Assembly: GCA_013153475.1 (NCBI GenBank) | Contig: JAADEJ010000073.1 | Location: forward strand, 1 to 60,966 | Direction of reading: 5' to 3' | DNA from: Campylobacterota bacterium | GTDB lineage: Bacteria; Campylobacterota; Campylobacteria; Campylobacterales; Hydrogenimonadaceae | Length of the DNA: 60,966 nucleotides | Part shown: positions 39,384 to 50,721 of the stretch, piece after piece | Layout of the letters: each line of letters starts with the position of its first letter | Numbering within the stretch: position 1 is the stretch's first letter | The notes under the pieces: model-generated | What the model saw: the letters and a program-made list of their open reading frames with translations, nothing else | Databases searched by the model: none | Told to the model about the DNA's origin: nothing | Made by a program: the position numbers and the translations under genes

Positions 39384-39927
39384 TTTGTCGTCCTTTTGCA
39401 AAAGGCATACCCAGCTTCTCCAGAAGCGCGAATGCCGCTTTGTCACTGTCGGTCGTGGTAACGATGGTGATATTCATACCGTGCTGTTTGATGATGTCGT
39501 CATACTCCACTTCCGGGAAAATGAGCTGCTCATCCAGACCGAAGTTGTAGTTACCGCGACCGTCGAATCCGTTGCGGGAAACTCCGCGGAAGTCCTTCAC
39601 GCGCGGCAGCGCGATGGAGATGAGTTTATCCAGAAAGTTGTACATCATGTTACCGCGCAGGGTCACTTTGACGCCGACGGGCATTCCTTCACGGACTTTG
39701 AATCCGGCGACCGATTTGCGGGCCGGCACCACCACCGCTTTCTGGCCGGCGATAATGCTGATGGTATCGGCGATATTCTGAATCACCTTGCTGTCTTTGG
39801 CATCGTCGCCGCAACCGACGCTGATGACGATCTTTTCGATCGCCGGAATCAGCATGGGGTTTTCCAGTCCCAGCTCTTCCATCAGGGCCGGTTTGAGCTC
39901 TTTGTATTTCTCTTTGAGTCTGAACAT
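39376..39927 (-). CDS. rplE: 50S ribosomal protein L5
   Basis: [21 protein letters not shown]. Confidence 0.97.
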   Translation of the reverse strand: MFRLKEKYKELKPALMEELGLENPMLIPAIEKIVISVGCGDDAKDSKVIQNIADTISIIAGQKAVVVPARKSVAGFKVREGMPVGVKVTLRGNMMYNFLDKLISIALPRVKDFRGVSRNGFDGRGNYNFGLDEQLIFPEVEYDDIIKQHGMNITIVTTTDSDKAAFALLEKLGMPFAKGRQNG

Positions 39928-39928
39928 C

Positions 39929-40165
39929 TTATTCACCTTCTACTTTGCGAACGTTGGAGATGTGAATGGGCATCTCCTTGTTGACAAATCCGCCTTCGGG
40001 ATTCTGCTCGCTCGGCTTGATTGCTTTCTTGGCGACTTTGCACCCTTCGACGATCACGGCCTCTTTCTTGGGCAGAACCTGCAGGACGGTGCCGGTTTTG
40101 CCCTTGTCATCACCGGCGATAATCTCGACGGTATCGCCCTTTTTGATCTTGAATTTCGTTGCCAT
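39929..40165 (-). CDS. rplX: 50S ribosomal protein L24 (short form)
   Basis: [27 protein letters not shown]. Confidence 0.96.
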   Translation of the reverse strand: MATKFKIKKGDTVEIIAGDDKGKTGTVLQVLPKKEAVIVEGCKVAKKAIKPSEQNPEGGFVNKEMPIHISNVRKVEGE

Positions 40166-40533
40166 TACAGAACCTCCGGTGCGAGGGAGACGATCTTCAT
40201 GAAGTTGGCATAGCGTACTTCACGGCTGACAGGCCCGAAGATACGGGTACCGATCGGCTCACGTTTGTTGTCCAGGATGACCGCCGCGTTATCGTCGAAG
40301 CGGATCAAAGAGCCGTTTTCACGCTGAATCTCTTTTTTGGTCCGCACGATAACCGCTTTGACCACCTGGCCTTTTTTCACTTTGCCGTTGGGCAGCGCTT
40401 TCTTGACGGAAGCGACGATGACATCGCCCACGCTGGCGTAACGCCGCTTGCTGCCGCCCAGCACTTTGATACACATGATCTCTTTGGCGCCGCTGTTGTC
40501 CGCGACGTTGAGGCGGGTGAAGCTCTGAATCAT
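40165..40533 (-). CDS. rplN: 50S ribosomal protein L14
   Basis: [21 protein letters not shown]. Confidence 0.98.
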   Translation of the reverse strand: MIQSFTRLNVADNSGAKEIMCIKVLGGSKRRYASVGDVIVASVKKALPNGKVKKGQVVKAVIVRTKKEIQRENGSLIRFDDNAAVILDNKREPIGTRIFGPVSREVRYANFMKIVSLAPEVL

Positions 40534-40787
40534 GATCCGACTCCTCTGCTCACGATCTCTTTGAGGCGGAACGATTTACGCTTGGAGATCGGCCGGCACT
40601 CAATGGCGGATACCACGTCGCCGACGTTGGTTTCGTTGCGCTCGTCGTGAATGAGATATTTTTTAAAGCGTTTGACCGTTTTGTGATAGCGGGGGTGCAT
40701 GATGCGACGCTCGACCAGAACGGTCGCCGTCTTCTCACCCGCTTTTTTAATGACGGTTCCTTGAATGATACGTTTATGTGACGCCAT
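40530..40787 (-). CDS. rpsQ: 30S ribosomal protein S17
   Basis: [15 protein letters not shown]. Confidence 0.97.
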   Translation of the reverse strand: MASHKRIIQGTVIKKAGEKTATVLVERRIMHPRYHKTVKRFKKYLIHDERNETNVGDVVSAIECRPISKRKSFRLKEIVSRGVGS

Positions 40788-40796
40788 GATAAATCC

Positions 40797-40988
40797 TTAT
40801 GCTTCTCTTTGCGCGTTGATGGCCGTCTTGATCCGCGCGATGTCCTTGCGGCAAGCGCGAATCTCGTTCGGATTGGAAAGCTGCATCGTTTTGAGCTTGA
40901 GTTTGAGCTCAAACAGCTCCATCTTCTTCTCTTTCAACATCTTCTCGAGCTCTTCGCGGCTCTTTTCTGCGATCTCAGTATATTTCAT
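40797..40988 (-). CDS. rpmC: 50S ribosomal protein L29
   Basis: RKDIARIKT; position in the operon. Confidence 0.95.
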   Translation of the reverse strand: MKYTEIAEKSREELEKMLKEKKMELFELKLKLKTMQLSNPNEIRACRKDIARIKTAINAQREA

Positions 40989-41400
40989 TGCTCGCCTCTT
41001 GCGTTACGATTTTGGTTTTGAAAGGCAATTTGTGCATTGCCAGCGTCAACGCCTCGCGGGCCAGCGCTTCGTTCACGCCCGCCATTTCGTAAATGATGCG
41101 GCCGGGCTTGATATTCATGACCCACTTGTCTACGCCGCCTTTACCTTTACCCATCCGGGTTTCAAGGGGCTTGGCGGTAATGGGTTTGTCCGGGAAAACA
41201 CGAATCCAGACCTTACCGGTCCGCTTGACGTGACGGGTCATCGCAACCCGCGCCGCCTCAATCTGGCGGCTGTCGATGCGACCGTGCTCAATGGCCTTGA
41301 TTCCGATGCTTCCGAAAGCCAGCTGATTGCCGCGATAGGCTTTGCCGCGGTTGCGGCCTTTTTGCTGCTTGCGGTACTTGGTACGTTTGGGCATCAACAT
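40975..41400 (-). CDS. rplP: 50S ribosomal protein L16
   Basis: [18 protein letters not shown]. Confidence 0.98.
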   Translation of the reverse strand: MLMPKRTKYRKQQKGRNRGKAYRGNQLAFGSIGIKAIEHGRIDSRQIEAARVAMTRHVKRTGKVWIRVFPDKPITAKPLETRMGKGKGGVDKWVMNIKPGRIIYEMAGVNEALAREALTLAMHKLPFKTKIVTQEASNEIY

Positions 41401-41403
41401 AAC

Positions 41404-42096
41404 TTAACTCCTTCGGCGCGGCGCGCGGCGTCCGCGTTTCTCTTCGACGGGCTCGGGCTGAATGCCCTTTTGCAGAACCTCACCTTTGAAGATCCAGACT
41501 TTCACCCCGATGATGCCGTAGGTGGTATAGGCCTGGGCAAAACCGTAGTCGATCTTGGCGCGAAGGGTATGCAGCGGCACACGACCCTCCAGATACCACT
41601 CGGTGCGGGCCATTTCGGCACCGCCCAGACGACCGGCCACCTGAACCTTGATTCCCTTGACGCCCGCTTTCTGGGCGGCTTGGATTGTCTTTTTCATGGC
41701 GCGGCGGAAAGCGATACGGCGCTCCAGCTGCGTGGCGATGTTTTCGGCCGCCAATTGGGCGTTGGCCTGGGGCCGCTTCTCTTCACGGATATTCAGAGAG
41801 ACCGGCTTTTGCACCATGTTTTGCAGGCGGGTTTTGAGCTTCTCGATATCCGCGCCTTTTTTTCCGATGATAATACCGGGGCGCGCCGCGACGATCGTGA
41901 CGCGCAGTCTCTTGGCGGTTCGCTCGATGATGATATCGGCGATACCCGCATAATAGAGCTCTTTTTTCAGGAACTTGCGGATTTTGTCATCCTCGGCAAC
42001 AAATGCCGGGACACGCTGCCAGTTGGGATACCAGCGGCTTGACCAGTTGCGGTTGATGCCGAGGCGCAAACCAATCGGATTGACTTTCTGACCCAT
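41404..42096 (-). CDS. rpsC: 30S ribosomal protein S3
   Basis: [29 protein letters not shown]. Confidence 0.98.
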   Translation of the reverse strand: MGQKVNPIGLRLGINRNWSSRWYPNWQRVPAFVAEDDKIRKFLKKELYYAGIADIIIERTAKRLRVTIVAARPGIIIGKKGADIEKLKTRLQNMVQKPVSLNIREEKRPQANAQLAAENIATQLERRIAFRRAMKKTIQAAQKAGVKGIKVQVAGRLGGAEMARTEWYLEGRVPLHTLRAKIDYGFAQAYTTYGIIGVKVWIFKGEVLQKGIQPEPVEEKRGRRAPRRRS

Positions 42097-42422
42097 TACT
42101 TATCCTTCGCTTCAGTAACTTCGACCATCACGTGCGATGTCGGTTTCATGATCCGTGACGCGCGGCCCCGTGCGCGGGGTTTCCAGCGCTTGAGAACCGG
42201 CCCTTTGTCAACGCGGCAGGAAGAGATGACGCACTCTTCGGGCTCGTAACCGCCGTTGGCGACGGCGGAAGCGATCACTTTGGCGATCACTTTGGCCGCC
42301 TTATTGGGCATGAACTCCAGGCTGGCAAGTGCCAGTTCCGCGTTCATTCCCTGCACTTCACGGGCGATCAGACGGGCTTTGGTCGGGCTGAGGCGGATGA
42401 ATTTCAGTACTGCTTTACTCAT
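42096..42422 (-). CDS. rplV: 50S ribosomal protein L22
   Basis: SPTKARL, PRARGRA. Confidence 0.97.
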   Translation of the reverse strand: MSKAVLKFIRLSPTKARLIAREVQGMNAELALASLEFMPNKAAKVIAKVIASAVANGGYEPEECVISSCRVDKGPVLKRWKPRARGRASRIMKPTSHVMVEVTEAKDK

Positions 42423-42432
42423 GCGCTACCCC

Positions 42433-42714
42433 TTACTTCCCGATCTTTTTCTGTACCGAGCCTTTGTGGCCGCGGAAGGTGCGGGTGGGGGCGAATTCGC
42501 CCAGTTTGTACCCGACGTGGTTCTCCGTGATATATACGGGAACGAACTGCCGTCCGTTGTGGACGTTGATGGTCAAACCGATCATCTCCGGGAAGATGGT
42601 GCTTCGGCGTGACCAGGTCTTAATCGGTTTGTTATCACCGGTCTCTTTCGCTTTAAGCACCTTTTTCATCAGGTGCTCGTCGATAAAAGGACCTTTTTTA
42701 ATCGATCGTGCCAT
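42433..42714 (-). CDS. rpsS: 30S ribosomal protein S19
   Basis: [16 protein letters not shown]. Confidence 0.98.
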   Translation of the reverse strand: MARSIKKGPFIDEHLMKKVLKAKETGDNKPIKTWSRRSTIFPEMIGLTINVHNGRQFVPVYITENHVGYKLGEFAPTRTFRGHKGSVQKKIGK

Positions 42715-42728
42715 GTCTACCTATCCTC

Positions 42729-43559
42729 TTATTTTTTCTTGCGTCGAGAAATGATCAGTTTGTCACTGGCCTTCTTGCGACGGGTCTTGAAGCCTTTGGT
42801 CGGCATACCCCAGGGGGTGACGGGATGGCGACCGGAGTTGGTCTTGCCTTCACCACCGCCGTGGGGGTGGTCAACCGGGTTCATCGCGGAACCGCGGGTT
42901 TGCGGACGAATACCGCGATGGCGGTTACGGCCCGCTTTGCCGATGACCATGTTGGCGAACTCTTCATTGCCCACGGTACCGACAGTGGCCATGCACTCAC
43001 CCAGGATTTTGCGCATCTCGGAACTGGGCATACGGATGATGACATACTTGCCTTCCCGACCCATGATCTGCGCGTAACCGCCGGCGCTGCGAACCAGTTG
43101 GCCGCCTTTGCCCGGTTTCATCTCGATGTTGTGCACCAGGGTACCGACAGGGATGTTTTTGAGTTTCATCGCGTTGCCGGGCTTAATATCCAGACCCGCT
43201 TCGGCGGCCTGAACTTTGTCACCCACCTTCAGTCCGCTGGGCTGAAGGATATAGCGTTTGTCGCCGTCCGCGTAGTGCACCAGGCAGATGCGGCAGTTGC
43301 GATACGGATCGTACTCGACGGTCGCGACGGTGCCTTCGACACCGAATTTGTTGCGCTTGAAGTCAATGACACGGTAAAGCTTCTTCGCGCCCGCCTCTTT
43401 GTGGCGGCTGGTGATACGGCCGCGGTTGTTCCGTCCCGCTTTGGCCGGCAGCTTTTTCAGAAGCTTGCGAACCGTCGGTTTGCTGGTGATGTCACTGCTC
43501 TCGATGACGCTCATAAAGCGTCGGCTCGGAGTGTACGGTTTGAATGTTTTGATTCCCAT
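42729..43559 (-). CDS. rplB: 50S ribosomal protein L2
   Basis: [19 protein letters not shown]. Confidence 0.98.
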   Translation of the reverse strand: MGIKTFKPYTPSRRFMSVIESSDITSKPTVRKLLKKLPAKAGRNNRGRITSRHKEAGAKKLYRVIDFKRNKFGVEGTVATVEYDPYRNCRICLVHYADGDKRYILQPSGLKVGDKVQAAEAGLDIKPGNAMKLKNIPVGTLVHNIEMKPGKGGQLVRSAGGYAQIMGREGKYVIIRMPSSEMRKILGECMATVGTVGNEEFANMVIGKAGRNRHRGIRPQTRGSAMNPVDHPHGGGEGKTNSGRHPVTPWGMPTKGFKTRRKKASDKLIISRRKKK

Positions 43560-43569
43560 CTTCTCTTCC

Positions 43570-43851
43570 TTACGCGCTCAGGCTCTCGATGTTGGCGCCT
43601 TCCGGCAGCTTCACATAGAACTTTTTAAAGTCGGGGCGCTTGCCTTCACGTCCGCGGAAACGCTTGACCTTGCCGCTCTGGCGAAGGGAGTTGACCTTCA
43701 GCGGGTTGACGCCGAAATACTCCTTGAAGATCGCCTTGAGCTGGTTTTTGGTCACTTTCGGCGAAGTTTGCACCACGATGACGCCCTCTTCCTGAAGGCC
43801 CAGACTCTTTTCCGTATATACGATTGATTTAATATCGGTAATATCAGCCAT
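43570..43851 (-). CDS. rplW: 50S ribosomal protein L23
   Basis: [13 protein letters not shown]. Confidence 0.96.
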   Translation of the reverse strand: MADITDIKSIVYTEKSLGLQEEGVIVVQTSPKVTKNQLKAIFKEYFGVNPLKVNSLRQSGKVKRFRGREGKRPDFKKFYVKLPEGANIESLSA

Positions 43852-43852
43852 C

Positions 43853-44467
43853 TCAGCCCTCTTTCGTCAAATTGTCCCAAACCGCTTTCTCGATAACCAC
43901 CGCGCGGTAGGCGGCGGCCAGATAGCCGTTGAGCTCGTTCTCTTCGATCAGATAGCAGTCGGGAAGGTTTCTAAACGCCAGGTAGGTCTTCTCGTCAATC
44001 AATGACTTGACCCACAGCGCGTCGCGCGCGCCCAGTTTTTTCATCATGGCCGCCGCGTCTTTGGTTTTGCCGCTGGCTACTTCGATGGCGTCTACCACAA
44101 AGAGCTGGCCATTGGCCGCTTTTTCCGCCAGGGCGTGCATCAGCGCCAGGCGCTTCTGCTTTTTGTTGACCTTCTGGTTATAGTTGCGGTTGGCTTTGGG
44201 GCCGAACGCCACGCCGCCGCCGACAAAGAGCGGAGAGCGGATGGAGCCGGCGCGGGCGCCGCCGCGACCCTTTTGGCTCCAGGGCTTCTTGCCGCCGCCG
44301 CTGACCGCGGAACGGTTTTTGGTGTGGGCGGTATTGGCCCGCAGCGCCGCCTGATAGGACTTGACGTACAGATACAGGTTGTGGGCGCTCGCCTCAAGAA
44401 AAGCGGCGGGCAGTTCCGCCTCACCCGCTTTGTCCAGGTTTTCGTTCAAAACTACTGCTTTGCTCAT
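43853..44467 (-). CDS. rplD: 50S ribosomal protein L4
   Basis: [15 protein letters not shown]. Confidence 0.97.
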   Translation of the reverse strand: MSKAVVLNENLDKAGEAELPAAFLEASAHNLYLYVKSYQAALRANTAHTKNRSAVSGGGKKPWSQKGRGGARAGSIRSPLFVGGGVAFGPKANRNYNQKVNKKQKRLALMHALAEKAANGQLFVVDAIEVASGKTKDAAAMMKKLGARDALWVKSLIDEKTYLAFRNLPDCYLIEENELNGYLAAAYRAVVIEKAVWDNLTKEG

Positions 44468-45042
44468 TTACTGATCCTTACACGTCCCATTCCGCCGTTG
44501 GGGCCGGGTACGGCACCCTTGACGACGAGGATCCCGTTTTCGGGATCGAAAGAGACGATTTCGTTTTTGACGGTCACTTTGGCGTTGCCGTACTGACCGG
44601 GCATCTTTTGTCCGGGTTGTACGCGGCCGGGCCATTCACAGTTACCGATGGAACCGGGCGCACGGTGGAAACGTGAACCGTGGCTGCGGGGACCGCCGGC
44701 AAAGTTCCAGCGTTTCATGACACCGCTGAAACCGCGCCCCTTGCTGGTAAAGGTACACTTGACCTTTTTGGCTTCGCTCAAAGGCGAAAGATCCAGGTCG
44801 CCCGCTTCGGTATTGGCCACTTTGAGGGTGGCGAAACGGTTGAATTCGGGGCTGAGGCCATACTTTTTCTGCTGACCCTCAACCGCTTTGTTGCGTTTTT
44901 TGCCGTCGGCATAGGCGACGATGGCGCGGCCGTCTTCGCCCACCTCACACACTTTGACCTCCCGTACTTTCAGGAGCGTCACCGGCGTGCTCGGTACGCT
45001 GATCGTTCGGCTCATACCGATTTTTTCTACGATAAATTCCAT
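44464..45042 (-). CDS. rplC: 50S ribosomal protein L3
   Basis: [22 protein letters not shown]. Confidence 0.97.
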   Translation of the reverse strand: MEFIVEKIGMSRTISVPSTPVTLLKVREVKVCEVGEDGRAIVAYADGKKRNKAVEGQQKKYGLSPEFNRFATLKVANTEAGDLDLSPLSEAKKVKCTFTSKGRGFSGVMKRWNFAGGPRSHGSRFHRAPGSIGNCEWPGRVQPGQKMPGQYGNAKVTVKNEIVSFDPENGILVVKGAVPGPNGGMGRVRISK

Positions 45043-45047
45043 AACTT

Positions 45048-45365
45048 TTACCCCTTGTTACCCATAGATCGGACTTCGACATCCACTTCCGGCGCCAGGT
45101 CGAGTTTCATCAGCGAATCGACGGTATCCGGCGTCGCGGAAACGATATCGATCATACGCGCATGGATACGAATTTCAAACTGTTCACGAGAATCTTTGTT
45201 GATGTGAGGCGATCTGAGCACGGTATAGCGTCGGATCTTGGTAGGCATAGGAATGGGTCCGCGAATTTCCGCGCCCGTCCGTTTAACCGCTTCGACAATG
45301 GCGGCAACTGAGCGATCAAGCACACGGTGGTCGTACGCTTTGAGCTTAAGTCGAATTTTTTCCAT
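45048..45365 (-). CDS. rpsJ: 30S ribosomal protein S10
   Basis: [26 protein letters not shown]. Confidence 0.98.
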   Translation of the reverse strand: MEKIRLKLKAYDHRVLDRSVAAIVEAVKRTGAEIRGPIPMPTKIRRYTVLRSPHINKDSREQFEIRIHARMIDIVSATPDTVDSLMKLDLAPEVDVEVRSMGNKG

Positions 45366-45422
45366 AGGTTTTTCCCTTAAAAGAACTTGTTGGTTTTGGC
45401 ACCAACGCTTTTTGGAGCCAAG

Positions 45423-45451
45423 ATTATACATAAAGAAAATCGCAAAGGCAA
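45423..45451 (-). promoter_or_regulatory. S10 operon sigma70 promoter
   Basis: TTGCCT-17 nt-TATAAT. Confidence 0.75.
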
Positions 45452-45590
45452 GTATTTCCGGGGTTTTCTCCTTTGTGTTCTGAAAAATATTTCCTTATTA
45501 GAAGGAAAAGTTTCTCAAAAATTGAAGAGGCATAGGCAAACCTGCTACAATTACGACACGCAAAAAATCAGGAAGGACTCCAAACCGGCA

Positions 45591-45932
45591 ATGGAAAGCA
45601 ACACGACCACCTCATTCGCCCAACAACTCCCGGATCTTCCCTACCTCAATATGGGTTCCGGATTTCTGATCGGCCTGGCGGTAGGCTATTTTTTGAAAAA
45701 GAGCTTCAAAATTCTCCTTTTCCTTATGGGTGCCGCCATCGCCCTGACCTTCGCGCTCAGCCAGATCCACGTGGTGGAGTTGCATCCCGATCAGCTGGAG
45801 CACACCGTCACCACCGGATCCGGCTATTTCAAACAATTCGCCCTTTTCCTCAAAGACCGGCTCTCCGCTTTCGGCGCGGCGGGTAGCGGCTCGGCCGTCG
45901 CCGGATTCTTTGTGGGACTGAAAATGGGCTGA
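45591..45932 (+). CDS. FUN14-family membrane protein
   Basis: GSGFLIGLAVGYFLKKSFKI...GFFVGLKMG; TGCTACAAT upstream. Confidence 0.75.
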   Translation: MESNTTTSFAQQLPDLPYLNMGSGFLIGLAVGYFLKKSFKILLFLMGAAIALTFALSQIHVVELHPDQLEHTVTTGSGYFKQFALFLKDRLSAFGAAGSGSAVAGFFVGLKMG

Positions 45933-45939
45933 CCGGCCC

Positions 45940-47016
45940 ATGCACCAACTGGAAGCGTTCTACGAACTCGCCCCCCGACCGGTGGGCTTCGTGGAGCGCA
46001 AATACGAGATTCCCTCCTACTCTCTCAATCTTCACGGCCCTCCGCTTTGCGGCAAAACCTGGCTGGCCCTCGACCACCTGCAGCGTCTGCCCGGACGGCG
46101 TTCCCTCTATATTGATCTTTCCGATCCCCGTATCGACGAGAAGAGCCTCTATGCCAACCTTCAGGATTTCATCGACACCCATGGAATCGAGACGGTAATA
46201 CTCGACCACTGTCTTGACACACCCCCTTTTCTGCCCAAATGCCGTCAGGTACTTCTGCTTTCTCAGCAACCGCTGGAAGGCTTTCCGCTTTTGCCGAAGC
46301 TCCCGGTCTCCCCTCTCGATTTCGAGGAGTTCCTGGCCTTCGAGACACGCCATCTTCAACCCCAACACTCCTTCTCTCTCTACCTCAAAACCGGCCGATT
46401 GCCCCATATGGCCAAAACCGCTGAATCTCTCATCACTCTGCGCCTCCACGAAACCGTCAGGCGGCTCTTTCCCGATCCTCTCGAACGGCAACTTTTCAAA
46501 GTATTGGCCGCGTTCAACGGCAAAAGCGTCACACCGCACCATATCTACACCCTGCTCAAAAGAGATCACGCCCTATCCAAAGACAGGCTCTACGCTACCC
46601 TGAAGCGGTGGGAGATGCGGGGCATCCTGCAATGGGTCGCCAAAACGGACCGTCCCAAAGCCGCCCGTCGTCTTCTGCTTTTCGATTTTGCGCTCCCGGC
46701 ATCCATGTATTTTGAAAAATCCCTGATGGGACAGCTTTATACCATCGCCGCCCAACGTCTGCACCATTTGACACCCGAAATGACATGGAGCGACGGCATC
46801 GACCTTTTCGATCCGCTCGAACGCCACGCCTATCTTCTCTCACCTTTTGCCAATCCGGAGGGAACCGCCCAGAAAATCGCGAAGGCGGGGTCGGAACTGG
46901 ATCGACTCAAAGCCCGTAAAATCACGGTTTTGACCATTGCCAACACGTTTGAGTTTCGATTCGACCACATACGGGTCCAGGCCAAACCTTTTTACGAATG
47001 GGTAGTTGAAGAATAA
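45940..47016 (+). CDS. AAA+ ATP-binding protein (AAA_14/DUF4143-like)
   Basis: Walker A GPPLCGKT, PLDFEEF, YLKTG.LP, wHTH-like SKDRLY. Confidence 0.8.
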   Translation: MHQLEAFYELAPRPVGFVERKYEIPSYSLNLHGPPLCGKTWLALDHLQRLPGRRSLYIDLSDPRIDEKSLYANLQDFIDTHGIETVILDHCLDTPPFLPKCRQVLLLSQQPLEGFPLLPKLPVSPLDFEEFLAFETRHLQPQHSFSLYLKTGRLPHMAKTAESLITLRLHETVRRLFPDPLERQLFKVLAAFNGKSVTPHHIYTLLKRDHALSKDRLYATLKRWEMRGILQWVAKTDRPKAARRLLLFDFALPASMYFEKSLMGQLYTIAAQRLHHLTPEMTWSDGIDLFDPLERHAYLLSPFANPEGTAQKIAKAGSELDRLKARKITVLTIANTFEFRFDHIRVQAKPFYEWVVEE

Positions 47017-47095
47017 AAGGTTTCAGCCCTCTTTCATCCATCGCACAATAGAATAAGCTTGAACGTCACGCAAAATCACATCAACGGAAACAGTC

Positions 47096-49609
47096 ATGTC
47101 AAAAAGATTTTTCTGGAGCCTTATCCTGCTTTGCCTCGGCGCATATTCCCTTTCGGCCGAAGCCTTCTACCGAAGCGTCATTTTCGCCACAGGCACCTCT
47201 TTGCCGGAGTGCAGCCTGTACGCCAAACAGATGGGCGAGAAGTTTCAGAAAGATCCGAAAATGCGCCGTCTGCAGAAAGAGAAGGGGTTCTCGGTTCTCA
47301 GCCGTCCATCCGGCCGCTACTACGTGGCGGCGGTGGAACCGCTGTACGACGACAACACGACCCTGGTTGTGCTCGATTTTGTCAAAAAGAGCTTTCCCGA
47401 CGCTTTCGTCTACCATCATAAAGGGGCCTACAAACCCGTCAAACCCGCTTTTTACACCATAAAATCCGCACCACACGTCCAATCCGCGCCCGCCGCAAAA
47501 CCTCACGACAAACCGGTTCGTCCCGCACGCCATGCCGCTCAAAAGAGTGAGGAGAGCTCGGTTCTCGTCTATCTGCTCGGGTTCGTGGCGCTGCTTCTGC
47601 TGATAGGTTTTCTCAGACACCGCATCAAAAGCGAATCGATGCGTCGCCATCTTGAGGAGAAACACGAAAACGTAGAGGATCTTCTGGTCGATGTCGGCAA
47701 GCAGATTCACACCCCCGCCCAGGAGATCATCCAAAGCAGCGAAAAAATTCTGCAAACTCCCCTGACCCCCGATCAGGCCAAAGAGATCGAGAAGATCCGC
47801 CACTCCGATATCCGCGTCCTCGGCGTGGCCACCGAGCTAATCGAGTATATGCGGATCAAGGCCGATGAAATCACTTTGCGAAAAGAGTGCTTTTATCTTG
47901 ACAACGTACTGGACGAAGTGGCGGGAAACGTCGCCCACGCTTTTGAGGGTGAAGGCGTCCGGCTCATCTATGAAATTGACAAAGAGGTACCTTCCCGCCT
48001 CAAAGGCGACCCGGACAATCTGGGCAAAATCATTCGCAAACTGATTGAAAGCGCCATCCGGCGAAGCGGCGAAGGGGATATCTACCTTGGCGTTCATCTG
48101 GACGGAACCGCCAAAAAACCGATTATCAGCTATACGGTTGTCGATGCCGCGCCGCCGCTCTCCCAGGAAAACCTCGACGGTATTTTCGAACCTTTTGCCG
48201 CGACGGAAGAGCGACACGGATCGGGACTCTCCCTCTATATCGCCCAATCCCTGGCCAAGAAGATGGGCGGATGGGTCGAAGCCAAAAACGACGGGGCGGG
48301 AGGCAACCGCTTCACGGCCGTTCTGCCTTTTGAACCGGTCGATGAAGACCGCCGTTTCTACCCGCTACCGGCCAAAGCCTATACCGGGCGGAGCGTTCTG
48401 ATCGTCGATCCGCACACCCCTTCGGCCGAAGCCATGGAAAAAATGTTCGGCTACTTCAAAAGCCGGGTAGAGATCAATCCCGATATCGACCTGCAAGAAG
48501 CGGATGCCTGGAAAGGGTACGATATGGTGGTCATTGCCCCGGAAGCGCTCTGTGCCGAAACAAGAGATGCGCTTAGAAGAGAGCGGGGACGCGCGAAAGC
48601 CAAACTGGTTCTGGCGGTGGATATGCTGATGCCCCACCCCGATGCCCAGACGTTACGGCCCCTTTTTGACGCCCAGATCGCCAAACCTCTCGACAGGCAA
48701 CGGGTATACGACCTGCTTGTCGACCTTTTCAAAGAGGAGATTCCGCCCGAACGGAAAACGGCACGAACCCAGACCCAGCCGACAACCGAAGGAGCCGTCT
48801 ATCCCGACGTGGAAGAGGCGGAAGGGATTACCAAAGAGAGTTTCGCCATCTTCTCGGGCGCCTCTTTGCTGGTGGTGGAAGACAACAAGATCAACCAGAA
48901 GGTACTATTGAGCCTGTTGGGTTCCAGCGGTATTCGAATTGTCGTCGCCGAAGACGGCAAAGAGGCGCTTGAGAAACTCGAAAGCGAAGGACCTTTCGAT
49001 CTGGTTCTGATGGATATCAACATGCCTGTCATGGACGGATACGAAGCGACGCGTCGTATCCGCAAGCAGGAGAAATATGCCGATCTGCCCGTCGTGTCTC
49101 TCACCGGGCTCGGTTTGCCCGAGGAGATCGCGAAAATGTACGCGATCGGCATGAACAGCCATCTTCTCAAACCTCTGAAAATCGGTCAGCTCTATACGAT
49201 ATTCAAACGTTTCCTGCCCCACTCCGAGACCGAGATCCGGCCATCAAAAACCTCACAGGAACCCCTTCCCAACGATGCCGTCGACTTTCGCCGGGGTATC
49301 GCGTTGGCCAACGGGGACCGTGCCCTCTATACAGAAGTTCTTTCCGAATTCACCCATCTGTATGAGAATCTTCCCGAAAGCCGTCTCAACCCCTCCGACC
49401 CGCGGGAACTTTACCGTACGGCCATCGACCTCAAAGGCGTCGCATCCAACCTGGGAGCATTCCTGCTTACCGACGCGGCCGACAGGGTTGTCGCCAATAT
49501 CCGCAACGGGAAAGCCGTTCCCCAGGAGGATCTGCAAAATCTCAAAACGGCTCTCGAGGAGACCCTCCGGGCCATTAAAATGTTTTTGAAAAAAGAGCGG
49601 GGCGCGTGA
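47096..49609 (+). CDS. Hybrid sensor / response regulator (degenerate HK-REC-REC-Hpt)
   Basis: Signal peptide, TM, HisKA/HATPase-like region, intact REC (VEDN..LMDINMPVMDG..KP), Hpt-like LKGVASNLGA. Confidence 0.85.
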   Translation: MSKRFFWSLILLCLGAYSLSAEAFYRSVIFATGTSLPECSLYAKQMGEKFQKDPKMRRLQKEKGFSVLSRPSGRYYVAAVEPLYDDNTTLVVLDFVKKSFPDAFVYHHKGAYKPVKPAFYTIKSAPHVQSAPAAKPHDKPVRPARHAAQKSEESSVLVYLLGFVALLLLIGFLRHRIKSESMRRHLEEKHENVEDLLVDVGKQIHTPAQEIIQSSEKILQTPLTPDQAKEIEKIRHSDIRVLGVATELIEYMRIKADEITLRKECFYLDNVLDEVAGNVAHAFEGEGVRLIYEIDKEVPSRLKGDPDNLGKIIRKLIESAIRRSGEGDIYLGVHLDGTAKKPIISYTVVDAAPPLSQENLDGIFEPFAATEERHGSGLSLYIAQSLAKKMGGWVEAKNDGAGGNRFTAVLPFEPVDEDRRFYPLPAKAYTGRSVLIVDPHTPSAEAMEKMFGYFKSRVEINPDIDLQEADAWKGYDMVVIAPEALCAETRDALRRERGRAKAKLVLAVDMLMPHPDAQTLRPLFDAQIAKPLDRQRVYDLLVDLFKEEIPPERKTARTQTQPTTEGAVYPDVEEAEGITKESFAIFSGASLLVVEDNKINQKVLLSLLGSSGIRIVVAEDGKEALEKLESEGPFDLVLMDINMPVMDGYEATRRIRKQEKYADLPVVSLTGLGLPEEIAKMYAIGMNSHLLKPLKIGQLYTIFKRFLPHSETEIRPSKTSQEPLPNDAVDFRRGIALANGDRALYTEVLSEFTHLYENLPESRLNPSDPRELYRTAIDLKGVASNLGAFLLTDAADRVVANIRNGKAVPQEDLQNLKTALEETLRAIKMFLKKERGA

Positions 49610-50157
49610 GCCTTTGCGGCATAGACGAAGCGGGACGCGGACCGCTGGCCGGCCCACTGGTGATGGCGGGCGTTATTTTAAACGGGCCGATCGAAGGGCT
49701 GGACGACTCCAAGCGTCTGAGCGAAAAAAAGAGAGAGGCGCTTTTTACGATCATTCAACAATCTGCCCGCTGGCATCTGGTGCACTTTGGGCCCGAAGAG
49801 ATCGATCAAAAAGGGATGGCCGCCTGCCTGGCTCTGGGGTTGGAGGCGATCAAAGCCGGCCTTGCCGCCCAACGCTACCTCTTTGACGGCCCCACCGCCT
49901 TTGGCGTCGAGGGTATTGACACTCTCGTAAAAGCCGACCAAAGCGTGCCGGAGGTTGGCGCCGCCAGTATTTTGGCCAAGGTGACGCGCGACCGGCTTAT
50001 GGTTGAAGCGGCCCGCCTCTACCCCGGTTACGGCTTTGAAAAACACAAAGGCTACGGCACCCCGTCTCACATCAAAGCGCTAAGACGGCTGGGTCCTTCA
50101 CCCATTCATCGCCGAAGTTTCCGCGTCAAAGCCCTCGAACAACCCTCTCTCTTTTAA
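49606..50157 (+). CDS. rnhB: Ribonuclease HII
   Basis: GIDEAGRGPLAGP, DDSK, AASILAKVTRD, HKGYGT. Confidence 0.96.
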   Translation: MSLCGIDEAGRGPLAGPLVMAGVILNGPIEGLDDSKRLSEKKREALFTIIQQSARWHLVHFGPEEIDQKGMAACLALGLEAIKAGLAAQRYLFDGPTAFGVEGIDTLVKADQSVPEVGAASILAKVTRDRLMVEAARLYPGYGFEKHKGYGTPSHIKALRRLGPSPIHRRSFRVKALEQPSLF

Positions 50158-50721
50158 AAGCCTCTCCACCGTATCGGGCAAAAGCGTGTGTTCCAGGGTG
50201 TGAATACGCGCCTCGAAATCCTCCAACCTGTCATCCTTAAAGATCGGCACACATTTTTGAGCCAGAATCTCGCCGCCGTCCACTTCCGTCACCACCCTGT
50301 GTACCGTCACGCCGCCTACCTTCATGCCGCTTTTAAAACTGCGGGCGATGGCGTTGGCCCCTTTAAAAAGAGGCAGTAAAGAGGGATGCAGGTTGATCGC
50401 TTCCACCTTTTCGGTAAACACGGGAGTAAGAATGCGCATAAACCCCGCCATCACCACCAGCACCGGCCGGTACGCCGCAATCTTTTCAACCAGGGCCGCG
50501 TCGAACGCCTCACGGCTTTTAAAACGGCGGTGATCCAAAATCTCACTCGTCACACCGTAACGGGCCGCCCGGACAATCCCCCCGGCGTCCGGACGGTTGG
50601 TAACGGCCACGACCCTGATACGCCCCTCCCGGCAGGGCATCCCGTCAAAGCGTTGGATCAACCTCTCCAGGTTGCTCCCTTCGCCGCTAAAGAGCACCAC
50701 AAGGTTTACGACGCGATCCAC
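50098..50721 (-). CDS. purN: Phosphoribosylglycinamide formyltransferase (folate-dependent)
   Basis: [30 protein letters not shown]. Confidence 0.95.
   Translation of the reverse strand: MDRVVNLVVLFSGEGSNLERLIQRFDGMPCREGRIRVVAVTNRPDAGGIVRAARYGVTSEILDHRRFKSREAFDAALVEKIAAYRPVLVVMAGFMRILTPVFTEKVEAINLHPSLLPLFKGANAIARSFKSGMKVGGVTVHRVVTEVDGGEILAQKCVPIFKDDRLEDFEARIHTLEHTLLPDTVERLLKERGLFEGFDAETSAMNG

Noticed and set aside
50098-50157. 60-nt convergent overlap of rnhB and purN (also 32 nt between ate and the YtfJ-like gene)
   Set aside because: Short 3' overlaps are common in compact Campylobacterota genomes, and both proteins are intact.
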